From contig OY782391.1 in the NCBI GenBank assembly GCA_963677745.1, positions 256,001-320,000 of the forward strand: a DNA stretch of 64,000 nt, written 5' to 3'. Source of the stretch: Candidatus Altimarinota bacterium. Lineage in GTDB: Bacteria > Patescibacteriota > Gracilibacteria > UBA1369. The notes under the pieces were generated by a model. The model had not been told where the DNA came from, ran no database searches, and saw nothing but the letters and a program-made list of their open reading frames with translations. Below are positions 52,137 through 62,586 of the stretch, piece after piece; position 1 is the first letter of the stretch, and each line of letters opens with the position of its first letter. The position numbers and the translations under genes were made by a program.

Positions 52137-53960
52137 ATGCTTAAGAAAATTGATTGCCTAAAAGTTATTAGAGACTATAAATCAAAATATGCTTTAGATA
52201 CTACCGATGAAAACATAATTGCCGCCATTCATTTGATGAATACTCACGGAGTGCATGTTGACGCCGCACTTGATCAGAGCTCGCGGAGTAGTAACGATCA
52301 TGGTATAGATGCATGGTTCTACAACGAAATAAGTAATGAATTATATATTTACCAAAGCAAATTAAGTAATAGTAAAACACAGGCGCTCTATGGTTTCGGA
52401 GATCTTGATGCATCGAGACAATGGCTTGAACAAGTTATAATCACGGGAACAACCGAGAAAGCACCAACAGATAATCAGTGTTTATACAACCTATATTTGA
52501 AACTTGGACAATTTAGAAAGAATGTTAAAAAAATCCACTTTATTCTTATTTCTCTTTACAACCAAAATGAAATTGAAGACTCCGTTGAATTTGAAAAATT
52601 AAAAAATGACCTCATAAAATCCGCACTTAATACCTATATAACAAAAACCTTAAAAGGTTCTCTCGTCCTTGATACTTGTGAATACAATCTAGAAAAACGT
52701 CTTCCAGAATCAGTAAAAATATATCCAATAGATAAAATTCCAAATACCGAAATAAATATCAGAGCCAATGCAAACCTAAATCTCGCATATATAAAACTTG
52801 AAAGTCTAATCCAACTTTATAGACAAAGAGGAGATATTCTTTTCGATAAAAATGTCCGTCTATCTTTACTTTCTAATAAAGAAGCACGACAACGTCTTGT
52901 TCACCCGATGGAAGAAACATTTATTGCAATTACAGAAGGGAAATTAAGCCCAAACATTTTCCCCTTCTACCATATAGGCATTACCATTGCAGCTTATAAG
53001 TCAACAAATATAGAAAACAACCTATTACAACTCGAGGCTCCAAGTATAATCAATGGGTGTCAGACAATAATGATTGCACATGAATTCCTTAAAAAACTCG
53101 AATTATATAATAACAAAAAGGCTATTGATCTATTTAAAAAAATAAATGTTATTGCAAAAATAGTTGTAGGAACATCAGATGAAGAATTAAAAGAAATTAC
53201 TAACTCCAACAATCGTCAAAATCCTATTGAAAACTGGCAGCTTTTTTCAAATGAATCAATTCATATTGAGATTGAAACAAGCCTAAAAGATGCAGGAGTT
53301 TTTTATGAACGTCAACAAGGAAAGTTTGATGCTTTAATGAAAAATGCCGACAACGCAAAAGATTATCCATCTACCGGCCGCGCGTGTGTTAAAGTTGTCG
53401 ATCTTGGGCAGTCAATAGCATTAGCACGTTACAATCTTCAATGGGCAGCCAAACCGTCTGAAATATTTCTGAACAAGATTAATCACGATAAAATCTTTGA
53501 CCAAACCATCCCAGACTTTCCAAATGACATTGTATTTGTGTCAAATATATTTAAAGCAATGAAACGCGGGTTATCTACATTTCTCGAAACCCCATCACAG
53601 GCAAACAGCACATCACCATTAATTTTTAGAAAACCTATTGTACGCATGCATATTTTTTATTTGACGCTGTTGTATTTCTATCAAAATAATTGGAAACAAC
53701 AAGCACGTGCCGAATTTCATCAAACATTATTAAAAAAAGCCAACCCAAAATTGGTTGAACAAACTCACACATTTTTTCAAAAATTTATCACAAAAACACG
53801 AAATTGGTATGTAAATGAATCAAAAAACCTAGCAATAGATGTATCAAAACGTAGCCTAGATAAATATTTTGAAGGTTTAGCTATTGAACTTGGCATTGAT
53901 GCAACAAAAGGCACTATTCCTTTTACAGCAAATGCAATTGATTGGAAAAAATATATTTAA
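52137..53960 (+). CDS. AIPR-family protein
   Basis: DHGIDA..QSK, NVR, GITI, IINGCQT, NNRQN. Confidence 0.85.
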   Translation: MLKKIDCLKVIRDYKSKYALDTTDENIIAAIHLMNTHGVHVDAALDQSSRSSNDHGIDAWFYNEISNELYIYQSKLSNSKTQALYGFGDLDASRQWLEQVIITGTTEKAPTDNQCLYNLYLKLGQFRKNVKKIHFILISLYNQNEIEDSVEFEKLKNDLIKSALNTYITKTLKGSLVLDTCEYNLEKRLPESVKIYPIDKIPNTEINIRANANLNLAYIKLESLIQLYRQRGDILFDKNVRLSLLSNKEARQRLVHPMEETFIAITEGKLSPNIFPFYHIGITIAAYKSTNIENNLLQLEAPSIINGCQTIMIAHEFLKKLELYNNKKAIDLFKKINVIAKIVVGTSDEELKEITNSNNRQNPIENWQLFSNESIHIEIETSLKDAGVFYERQQGKFDALMKNADNAKDYPSTGRACVKVVDLGQSIALARYNLQWAAKPSEIFLNKINHDKIFDQTIPDFPNDIVFVSNIFKAMKRGLSTFLETPSQANSTSPLIFRKPIVRMHIFYLTLLYFYQNNWKQQARAEFHQTLLKKANPKLVEQTHTFFQKFITKTRNWYVNESKNLAIDVSKRSLDKYFEGLAIELGIDATKGTIPFTANAIDWKKYI

Positions 53961-53986
53961 AGATCTACAAAAGATAAGATAAATCA

Positions 53987-55540
53987 TTATTTCATCTTCC
54001 CCATCACCCTCACCATCGCCAGCGTGTCCCGCTCGCAATAATTCAGCAGATTCTGCCGCACCCGATCCGCATCCTCCAAGACCTTCCCAAAGTTCAACTG
54101 CAACCACCGGAGACCCGCCATCGTCCCCTCCCGGATGTCCTCCAGATTGTCATAGGAAAGTTCCGGCACCAGCGCGGGCAGCACCGCCTTGATCGAAGTG
54201 CTTCCCCGAAAATCCGGATGCACATATAAAAGATCTTTGAAGATATCCCGCAGGTCATAAATCCGCCCGTTCACCGACTCCAGAAAATCCCGGTACTCCG
54301 GGTACATTTCGGCCATTTCCTGATTGCGCGTCATTTCAAAAGATTTGTACCAGACAATCACCGACCCCTGATCATCGGCGATATCGTGCTGTAGTTGTTT
54401 TAGCAGACCCGGCACGGGATTCTCGCGGCCTTCAGCCAGGTGTTCATAATGTTCCAGCTTGCCTTTTGCGCCCTTTTTCGGCAGCCCACCCTTTTCGACC
54501 GTTTTACCCGCTGCCATCGTTTTACCCGCTGCCCCCGGCTCCCGCCGCACATGCAGCGAATATTGAAAACAAACCTGCTGATACGGGCGGGTAGAGTCCC
54601 ACAACGGAATGGCCGGCCCCACCGTCTCGTAATCCAGAAAGTAGAGCGGATATTGGAGCTTCTTGAGGGCCTTTTTGATCCCCGCGCGGTCAATAATCGG
54701 CTGCTGCGTCTTGGCGGTTAGCACCTGGGCGGCCTGCTCTTTGCCGAGCTCGATGTCATCGGGAATATCCTCGATGCGCCTGATGCCGCGATCCAGCAGT
54801 TCCACCAAGGTACTTTCGCTGATTCTGGTCAGATCATAGATGCTGTTGGTCTCCGGAATGCCCGCCTGCGGCCAGCAATACGGGATAAAAGGGCATTCGT
54901 AGGGGGCGTAGCATTGCTTCACGATGCGCACCTTTATTTCCTCCGGCGCTGCCATCGCCTTGATGGCTTCCGGGATCAGGGGCTCTATTTCTTTTGCGGT
55001 CGCTACCACGTCGTCCGTGATGTCCTCGATGGTCAGCAGCTCCTGCGCGTCAATGTCGCCCTGGCGGACGTATTCGTTGTTCAGGTGCACCAATGCGGTT
55101 TTGCGCACCTTGTACCCGGCCTGCTCGAACGTCAGTTTCTGAAAAGCCAGATCCGGCAAATGCTCCGGTTTGACCTGCGTGGTGGATTTGACCTCATAGA
55201 TGTCGTAGGTGTCGCTGTCCGGGTCATGCGTGACGAAGTCGGCGCGGGCATAGAGCATCACTTTACCGCCCTTCGTCGCCTCGTGCGCACCTGCGAGCCC
55301 CTTATACTGCGCCCTGGCCACCAGCTGAGGCTGCGCCCCCGGCAAAAGTTTCGCCGCATAATCCTCCACTGCAAAACCCTGATCAAAAATCGCCTGCTGC
55401 TGCTCGCTCACTTCTTCCGGCAGCAAATCCCGCCGGTTCTTGTAGAGCCACAGGTACTTCTCGCACTGCAAAAACTTCATAAAATCGGACTTGGAGAGCA
55501 TGGGCGTGAACTTGGCCGTATAGGCGGGCTTGGCAGACAT
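53987..55540 (-). CDS. DUF2779-domain protein with an N-terminal PD-(D/E)xK nuclease-like region
   Basis: LSKS..C.K.LWL, EVKSTT..DLAFQ, LYFLDYET, FQYSLH, SIKAVLP, YCERDT. Confidence 0.88.
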   Translation of the reverse strand: MSAKPAYTAKFTPMLSKSDFMKFLQCEKYLWLYKNRRDLLPEEVSEQQQAIFDQGFAVEDYAAKLLPGAQPQLVARAQYKGLAGAHEATKGGKVMLYARADFVTHDPDSDTYDIYEVKSTTQVKPEHLPDLAFQKLTFEQAGYKVRKTALVHLNNEYVRQGDIDAQELLTIEDITDDVVATAKEIEPLIPEAIKAMAAPEEIKVRIVKQCYAPYECPFIPYCWPQAGIPETNSIYDLTRISESTLVELLDRGIRRIEDIPDDIELGKEQAAQVLTAKTQQPIIDRAGIKKALKKLQYPLYFLDYETVGPAIPLWDSTRPYQQVCFQYSLHVRREPGAAGKTMAAGKTVEKGGLPKKGAKGKLEHYEHLAEGRENPVPGLLKQLQHDIADDQGSVIVWYKSFEMTRNQEMAEMYPEYRDFLESVNGRIYDLRDIFKDLLYVHPDFRGSTSIKAVLPALVPELSYDNLEDIREGTMAGLRWLQLNFGKVLEDADRVRQNLLNYCERDTLAMVRVMGKMK

Positions 55541-55545
55541 AATAT

Positions 55546-56022
55546 TTAATTATTTTTACGTAATTTTAATTTGGTCAGGATTTGAAGCCCCTCTGCCAAA
55601 AACAGTGTCACCAAAGTCCAGTATTCGTTCATATAAACAAAAATCCAAGGTGCTCTGAAAATGTCGTAACGCACCGGTGCATCAGGACCGCAATCACATC
55701 CAAAATCAATATAATAATCACTTTGTGCGAGCACATTATTATGGACAATTAAAACAACAAATAAAATCAGGATTAATGACGTTAAAATAAAAAATATAAG
55801 TGAAAAACGCCTCTTAAAATACAAGATCGCCGCAGGAATCAAAAAGAGTAGTGAAATTCCCCAGAAAATAAAAAAAATTTTATAATTTGAACTCCAAAAC
55901 AATTCATTGCCATCCCAATACCCCGCAGGTGGCCGAGCAGGACAAGAACAAGCCATCACCACAGGTACAAATAACAGAAATGCGGCAATCAACTGGAACC
56001 AGCATTTTCTAAAAAAATTCAT
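55546..56022 (-). CDS. Hypothetical membrane protein
   Basis: Signal peptide with ACSC, several TM segments. Confidence 0.6.
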   Translation of the reverse strand: MNFFRKCWFQLIAAFLLFVPVVMACSCPARPPAGYWDGNELFWSSNYKIFFIFWGISLLFLIPAAILYFKRRFSLIFFILTSLILILFVVLIVHNNVLAQSDYYIDFGCDCGPDAPVRYDIFRAPWIFVYMNEYWTLVTLFLAEGLQILTKLKLRKNN

Positions 56023-56191
56023 AAAATTTTTATTTTAACTTTTTCTTCCGCAATATTTTAACATAAATTTCACCTTAGCTTAATCTCAACCATTTATGAT
56101 CGCTTCAGCTGGCCCCTGGGGGTACAGCACAGTCTTTTCCTGTATTATCTTCCGGATTTCAGGTACAGTTAAGAATCCTCTAAACAACCAC

Positions 56192-57715
56192 ATGAAAAAT
56201 CATAAATATTTGTACATTGTTCTGGCGGGACTGATCGTCAGCCAATCTTCATTCACGGCCCTGGCATCCTTCAGCGATGTGCAGAGCGGCAACACCTACG
56301 CGGACGCCATCAATTACGCCGAACAACAGGGCATAGTTGGCGGCTATCCCGACGGCACTTTCAAACCGGCCAACAACATCAACCGGGCTGAATTTACCAA
56401 AATCATCATCGGCGCAGCTTTGGATTATAATTCCGCACAGGATCCTTCCGGTTATGACATTTATGCTCTGGCCGGAGTACACTTCAGCGACGTCCAGGCA
56501 GGCCAGTGGTATATCCCCTATCTCCGCAAGGCCCTGGAAAACCAGGTGATCGGCGGCTATCCCGACGGCACTTTCAAACCCGCCAACAAGATCAACTTTG
56601 CCGAAGCTGCCAAAATTATCGTGGGAGCCTATAAATATGACATAACGGCAGATCCGACCACCTGGTACAAACCCTATGTGGAGAAACTGGCTGAAATGAA
56701 AGCCATACCGGCCTCCGTCACGGGCTTTGATTACCGCATCAACCGCGGAGAAATGGTGGAAATAATTTATCGTCTGCAGCAAAAGATCACCAACAAAGAT
56801 TCCAAAACTTATGCGCAACTGGCCGGCACCTCAGGTGGCACTACGACACCACCCGTCTCCCCGCCCGCCACCACCAACACCAATCCGCCCAAAATCGGCA
56901 GCTGCCAGATCTACCCCTCCGACAATGCCTGGAACCGGGACGTCTCGGCCGATCCTGTGGATCCCAATTCCGCCAATTACATTGCCAGCATCGGAGCATC
57001 CGGACACCTGCACGCCGACTTCGGCGGTAATGGCGAATATGGAATTCCCATCAACATTGTAGGAGCAGGTCAGGCATTGGTACCCATCAACATCACCGAC
57101 TATCCCGAAGAAAGTGATCCGGGACCGTATCCCGTCCCGGCTGACGCTAGAGTGGAAAATGGCGGGGATGCCCATCTGCTGACCTTGGACACCGCCGGCT
57201 GCATTTTATACGAACTGTATGTCGCCGCTAAAAACGGTAGCGGCTGGGACGCCGCCCAGGCCTCCAAATTTGATCTGAAAAGCAATGCCCTCCGCCCCGA
57301 AGGCTGGACTTCCGCCGACGCCGCCGGCCTGCCAATTCTGCCCGGGCTGGCCCGCTATGACGAAGTGGCCGGCGGCGCAGTCAACCACGCCCTGCGCTTC
57401 ACGGTATCCGAATCCCAAAAAGCCTACATTCACCCCGCCACGCATTATGCCAGCAGCAACACCGACTCCAATCGGCCGCCTATGGGGCTGCGTCTGCGAC
57501 TGAAAGCAAATTATGACCTGTCCGGTTTCACCGGCGAATCATTGGTAATTCTGCAGGGATTGAAAAAATACGGCATGATTGTGGCCGATAACGGCTCCAA
57601 CTGGTATATCACCGGTGAAGCCGACACGCGCTGGAACGACGACGATCTGAACCAGCTGAAAACCGTCCCGGGCAGCGCCTTTGAAGTGGTACAATCAGGC
57701 ACATTGATTAAATAG
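56192..57715 (+). CDS. Secreted SLH protein with a conserved C-terminal domain of unknown function
   Basis: SLH repeats, Pro/Thr linker, DNAWN..PVDPNS, GDAH, SADAAGLP, HALRFT, YGMIVADNG. Confidence 0.85.
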   Translation: MKNHKYLYIVLAGLIVSQSSFTALASFSDVQSGNTYADAINYAEQQGIVGGYPDGTFKPANNINRAEFTKIIIGAALDYNSAQDPSGYDIYALAGVHFSDVQAGQWYIPYLRKALENQVIGGYPDGTFKPANKINFAEAAKIIVGAYKYDITADPTTWYKPYVEKLAEMKAIPASVTGFDYRINRGEMVEIIYRLQQKITNKDSKTYAQLAGTSGGTTTPPVSPPATTNTNPPKIGSCQIYPSDNAWNRDVSADPVDPNSANYIASIGASGHLHADFGGNGEYGIPINIVGAGQALVPINITDYPEESDPGPYPVPADARVENGGDAHLLTLDTAGCILYELYVAAKNGSGWDAAQASKFDLKSNALRPEGWTSADAAGLPILPGLARYDEVAGGAVNHALRFTVSESQKAYIHPATHYASSNTDSNRPPMGLRLRLKANYDLSGFTGESLVILQGLKKYGMIVADNGSNWYITGEADTRWNDDDLNQLKTVPGSAFEVVQSGTLIK

Positions 57716-57817
57716 TCCCGATCAGAAAATCGGCCAACAGCAAAACCCCGGTCAGTCATTAGACGAAACGGGGGTTTTATGGTAAAATAATATAAATAAA
57801 GTAAAAACAAAAATTTC

Positions 57818-60800
57818 ATGATCAATTACCGACTTTTCCGCAAATTTTGGCGCAAAAACCGCTATCTGCTGCTGGCAGCCCTGCCACTGGCAATTGCCGG
57901 TTCTATTCTGCTCCAGTCCGGAGCTCCGATTCAAGCCGACATCCTGGCCGTTACAGAAAATCCCGCACCGGTTTTCCCCACCCTGATTCCGGATCAAGCT
58001 TATGTGCTTCAGGATAACGTCAACTACAAACTTTATTATGCCGGAAATGATTTTGCCTCCATCAATCTGGCCGAATCCTCAGACGGAGTGACCTGGACTC
58101 CTTATGTGGGCAACCCGGTTTTGGCCGAGGGGCCGGGAATACAGGGCGAACACGCCAACGTTCATTTTTACAGCGCCGGCTTCACCGGCGCCAATAGCGG
58201 AACCAATCCCAGCGCCACCACCATGTACTACCGTATGTGGTATCAGGGCGCAGTTTTTAGCATCGCGGGATGGAGATATGCCGAATCCCCGGATGGGATC
58301 ACTTGGAACAACCGCATGGCCGTCACCCAGTCCGGCACGCCGGTCTATAGCGCCGCCACTGGAGCAACCTATGGCATCGCCGACGCGGTCTATACACCTG
58401 GAGGTGAAGGCGGAGACCCGGCCAAAACTTTCCGAATTTATGCCAATGTCCAATGGGAAATTGCCCCTTATGCCGGTAATGAACTGGTGGTAATGGCCTA
58501 TTCGCCAAACGGTTACGTCTGGACCGGTTACGATCCCGGCGCCGCCGGCTACGCCACTCCGGTTTTTGCCGGAACGCTTACCCCCGGCGATTTCGACAGC
58601 GATCACATCGGCTGGTTCAAAGTAATTAAAAACAGCGACACCGACTGGGAAGCTTTTTATTCCGGCGGCGAAGGTACTACTTTTCAAAACTTAAACGGTA
58701 TCGGTTACGCCACTTCCGCTGATGGCATCAGCTGGGCGCGCCGCAAAACGCTTTTCACCACCAACGACCCCGTACTCTGGCGCGCCAAAAGCGTCTGGAT
58801 GCCTTCGGTGGTCAAAACCGGAAGTAATACTTATAAAATCTGGTTTCTGGGATCCGACAATCCCGCCATCGGCGCCTCCGACTGGATTCAATGGAAACTC
58901 GGTGGAGCTGACTTGATCAAAGACATCACCTCTCCAACCGTAACTGTCACCAGTCCCGCCGCTGCCGCTTCCAATATCTCACCCGGCCAGGGCGTCACAG
59001 TAACTTTCAGTGAAGCAATGGATCCCGCAACCATCAACGCCACCACCTTTACCTTATCAAAAGGAGCAGTCCCGGTGGCCGGAACGGTAACCTACGCCGG
59101 ACTGAAAGCAATTTTTATACCTAACGTCACTCTGGATTCCTATTCAACTTATACCGCCACCATCACCACCGGCGCGCAGGATGCTGCCGGAAACGCCCTG
59201 ATCTCCTCCACCACCTGGAACTTCACCACCGGCTGGAATTATCATGACTGGACCGATCAAGGGTTGAATTATACCGCCCCGACAGGCGACGCCTATTATC
59301 CCAGCGTTATTTATGACTCAAACGGATTCGGCACGGCCGCCCCGCAATACAACATGTGGTATTCGGACGGAGCAGGAGCAACTTTTCTGGTAACCTCCAC
59401 CGACGGAACAACCTGGGGAGTGCCCACCACCATGGTCGGACTTTCCAATTCCCACCATGTGCAGGTACTTTATGACGCTAATTGTTTCGGCACACTTCCC
59501 TGTACCGCCCTCACCACCAAATACAAAGTCTGGTTCTGGGATATCGGCGCACCGACCATTTACAGCATTTCCTCCCTGGCCACCGCCGAATCGGCGGACG
59601 GCATCAACTGGACCGGCAAAACCGCCGTCAGCCAGAATCCGGCTGCCAAACTGATTCAGGACCCCGACTCCGGCCTCGGCTGGAATCGCGGCACCTACGG
59701 ACCGGTTAATGTATTTTATCAACCGGCCGGAACTAACTCTGGCACCGAACCCTGGAATTATAAATATGTGATGTACTACAACGGTACGGACGGCAGTTCC
59801 GAAGACACCGGCCTGGCTTATTCCGCCGACGGTCTCACCTGGAACGCCTATACCGTTAATCCGGTTTTGAGCGGCTCCAATATCGGCGGCACCGAAGCCT
59901 GGGATTGCGGCAGCTCGACTTACGGCACCATCTACAAGGACGCTTTGGGATTTCATTTCTTCTATAGCGGCCGGGGACAGGATGACGGGCTGGGAGGTTG
60001 TACTTTCCCGCCCAGTTTTGTCGGAATTGGACTGGCCTCATCCACAGACGGTAAAACCTGGGGCAAAGACCTCACCCCAATTTTCGAAATCAGCGACGGA
60101 ATAGCTTATCGCGCCGGCAGAATCTATACGCCATCCGTGATCAACGATGGATCAGGAGTACTGCGCATGTATTTTTCCGCCAAGGATTCAGTGGGTGGAC
60201 CCAAGACAATCGGCTATGCCACTCTAACTCCCCCTGCCACCTTGCAGGTAATCAAAAATGTGATCAATGATAACGGCGGCACCTCCACGGCCGGCTCGTT
60301 CAATTTACATGTCAAATCCGGTGGAACCGATGTCAGCGAAAGCCCCCAAGCGGGAACCGCTTCACCGGGTACGCAATATGCTTTATCTGCCAGCACTTAC
60401 ACCGTCAGTGAAGATTCCAACAGCAGCTATACAGCAGCCTTCAGCGGCGACTGCGATGCCACCGGCAACGTGACTCTGACAGCCGGACAGAATAAAACCT
60501 GCACCGTCACCAACAATGACATCGCCCCGTCTGGTGGCGGAAGCAGCGGCGGAGGCGGAGGATCGGCCATGTTCGGCCAACCTGCCAGCAGCGGCGGGGT
60601 ACCACTAACTTCCGATCTTCATGGTTCAGCAGTAACCCAAATCTTTCCCGAACCATCCTGCGGCAGAACCGTAAACACAATTGTCCCCTTCACCGACAAC
60701 AATACCGGCTGGTCCCAAGACTACATCGATACACTTTATAGGAATTGCATCGTCGACGGAAAAACCGAAAATCTTTTCCACCCGACCGACAATATCAGTC

Positions 60801-61225
60801 GCGCCGAATTGGTCAAAATTGCTCTGGGATCGTTTAAGCTGGGAACTTCCAGCTATGAAAGACTTTTCCAGGACGTTTTCGCTTCAAACTGGTTTGCACC
60901 CTATGTGATCAGGGCAGCCAAGTTGGGTATTGTGGAGGGATATATCATTAATGAGCAAACCCTGCCGTTCTTCAAACCAAATCAGTCCGTCACCCGCGCC
61001 GAAGCAGTCAAAATTCTGCTTACCGCCAAGGGCATTACGGATTTTGGTTCTCTGGAAACAAAATTTGCCGACGTCAGCAAAACCGACTGGTTTTACCCAT
61101 ATGTAACTTATCTGGAAAATAAAGGCGTAATCGAAGGCTATACCGGAACCGGCAAATTCCGTCCCAACAATTACATCACACGTGAGGAAGCCGGCAAAGT
61201 GGCAGTCCTGATCACCGACCTATAG
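57818..61225 (+). CDS. Large SLH-anchored protein with two beta-propeller (GH43/GH32-clan-like) modules and Ig-like domains
   Basis: Repeated S.DG.TW blades, YPSV/MPSV, NPVL; TVTFSEAMDPATIN Ig domain; C-terminal SLH repeats. Confidence 0.8.
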   Translation: MINYRLFRKFWRKNRYLLLAALPLAIAGSILLQSGAPIQADILAVTENPAPVFPTLIPDQAYVLQDNVNYKLYYAGNDFASINLAESSDGVTWTPYVGNPVLAEGPGIQGEHANVHFYSAGFTGANSGTNPSATTMYYRMWYQGAVFSIAGWRYAESPDGITWNNRMAVTQSGTPVYSAATGATYGIADAVYTPGGEGGDPAKTFRIYANVQWEIAPYAGNELVVMAYSPNGYVWTGYDPGAAGYATPVFAGTLTPGDFDSDHIGWFKVIKNSDTDWEAFYSGGEGTTFQNLNGIGYATSADGISWARRKTLFTTNDPVLWRAKSVWMPSVVKTGSNTYKIWFLGSDNPAIGASDWIQWKLGGADLIKDITSPTVTVTSPAAAASNISPGQGVTVTFSEAMDPATINATTFTLSKGAVPVAGTVTYAGLKAIFIPNVTLDSYSTYTATITTGAQDAAGNALISSTTWNFTTGWNYHDWTDQGLNYTAPTGDAYYPSVIYDSNGFGTAAPQYNMWYSDGAGATFLVTSTDGTTWGVPTTMVGLSNSHHVQVLYDANCFGTLPCTALTTKYKVWFWDIGAPTIYSISSLATAESADGINWTGKTAVSQNPAAKLIQDPDSGLGWNRGTYGPVNVFYQPAGTNSGTEPWNYKYVMYYNGTDGSSEDTGLAYSADGLTWNAYTVNPVLSGSNIGGTEAWDCGSSTYGTIYKDALGFHFFYSGRGQDDGLGGCTFPPSFVGIGLASSTDGKTWGKDLTPIFEISDGIAYRAGRIYTPSVINDGSGVLRMYFSAKDSVGGPKTIGYATLTPPATLQVIKNVINDNGGTSTAGSFNLHVKSGGTDVSESPQAGTASPGTQYALSASTYTVSEDSNSSYTAAFSGDCDATGNVTLTAGQNKTCTVTNNDIAPSGGGSSGGGGGSAMFGQPASSGGVPLTSDLHGSAVTQIFPEPSCGRTVNTIVPFTDNNTGWSQDYIDTLYRNCIVDGKTENLFHPTDNISRAELVKIALGSFKLGTSSYERLFQDVFASNWFAPYVIRAAKLGIVEGYIINEQTLPFFKPNQSVTRAEAVKILLTAKGITDFGSLETKFADVSKTDWFYPYVTYLENKGVIEGYTGTGKFRPNNYITREEAGKVAVLITDL

Positions 61226-61259
61226 TTCCATAAATAATTCCGGATCACCTTGTTCTGTA

Positions 61260-61754
61260 CTATTTCTTTTCCCCGTACAGTTTGAAGGAAGCGGTACATT
61301 CTTCGACTTTGGCATCACCTTCACCCGTATAGCAGGTCACCTGGGCGGTGGTTACGCCGATAGCAGTCTTTACCTCGCAGGCTACCTTTTTGTCTCCCAG
61401 AGGCAATTCATTAAAACTGATGCGTCCGGTAAAATCCACAGCAGTCATATTTTCAAAATATTTTTCGTCCTCGGTTTTGATCATATTGGGAGCAGCATAA
61501 ACCAGATTGGTCGGGAATCCCTTTTCCATACAACTTCCCTCCCCCTCCGTAAATCTGAACAGCTTGTAAGTATTCATGGCATCCATGATGTCCATACCGA
61601 CATCGGCAAAAGCAATCGGCTTATTCTCTACCTTTTCTTCTGCCACAGGAGCCTTGTTTGCCTCAGTTTCTGAAGTCTTGGACTCACCTCCCGCGCATGC
61701 TCCCAAAAAGAGAACCGGCAAAATCATCACCCCCGCAAAAACAATCTTCTTCAT
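61260..61754 (-). CDS. Lipoprotein
   Basis: MKK...LGAC lipobox. Confidence 0.75.
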   Translation of the reverse strand: MKKIVFAGVMILPVLFLGACAGGESKTSETEANKAPVAEEKVENKPIAFADVGMDIMDAMNTYKLFRFTEGEGSCMEKGFPTNLVYAAPNMIKTEDEKYFENMTAVDFTGRISFNELPLGDKKVACEVKTAIGVTTAQVTCYTGEGDAKVEECTASFKLYGEKK

Positions 61755-61939
61755 AAAGAATAATTAATGGATATTGCCTGCACACTAACATGAGCAGACC
61801 GTAAATTGAAACAATTATTCTTTCACCGGGTTAACTGCAAAAACTGCTAAAACATTGTGGTCCATAATATTTGCCCGCCCCCCCCGCCTCTTGACATTTC
61901 TATATTTTATGTTATTATAACACCTCTTAATTATAAAAG

Positions 61940-62545
61940 ATGCCCAATAAAAACTCTTTGTCCGGCCTTTTATTGATTGGTTCCCTCGGTTGTAGCGGAG
62001 CCCTCACCGGTGGTTGCGCCATCAATAGCGCGGGCACGGTCACACAACACCCCGATATCAACGAAATGGCCAAGGTGAATGTAGCCCCGCCTGCCGAGAC
62101 CGTACAGTTCATGGATAAAAATCTCGATCCGGTCCTTCAGGAAAAAACGCCGTCACTTCCCGTTAACTATCCGAGTATTGAAGACAGCTGGATCAAATCC
62201 ACAAAATTACGCGGCATTCAACACGAGCTTTTATATCGACTCAATGCCCTGGGTATCGAATATATAAAAACATGCGCTGAGCCAATAGAGAAAAAAGAGC
62301 GGGAACTGATCATGGGGTCATTCGTCACCGCCAGAAATAATTCCCAGCCGCGGGTAAATAACTGCGAAACAGAATTCAGAATCACCCGGAACGATCAATC
62401 CAATATATCCGACCAATGCCGAAAAATATTGGATTCGGCTGAAGGATATCTCTATCAAAAATACTACTTTGAGGAAGCGGAATTGCTGCAACAGCAAACC
62501 GATTGTTATAACGATTTGCTGAGCGGACAACCCGGCAGGCCTTAG
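61940..62545 (+). CDS. Hypothetical protein, possibly a lipoprotein
   Basis: Upstream TTGACA-16-TATTAT promoter; hydrophobic N-terminus with Cys. Confidence 0.6.
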   Translation: MPNKNSLSGLLLIGSLGCSGALTGGCAINSAGTVTQHPDINEMAKVNVAPPAETVQFMDKNLDPVLQEKTPSLPVNYPSIEDSWIKSTKLRGIQHELLYRLNALGIEYIKTCAEPIEKKERELIMGSFVTARNNSQPRVNNCETEFRITRNDQSNISDQCRKILDSAEGYLYQKYYFEEAELLQQQTDCYNDLLSGQPGRP

Positions 62546-62586
62546 GGCAGCCTCCCCCAAAACAAAAGTGCTATAATATCCACGAC

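Noticed and set aside
54500-54533. 18-nt period duplication in the DUF2779 gene (AAGKTM/AAGKTV)
   Set aside because: In-frame slippage in a low-complexity loop; no wider pattern
61873-61896. C-rich tract before a -35 box (also seen at 44393-44400)
   Set aside because: Only two instances, both upstream of the promoter spacer; insufficient evidence for phase variation or a G-quadruplex role
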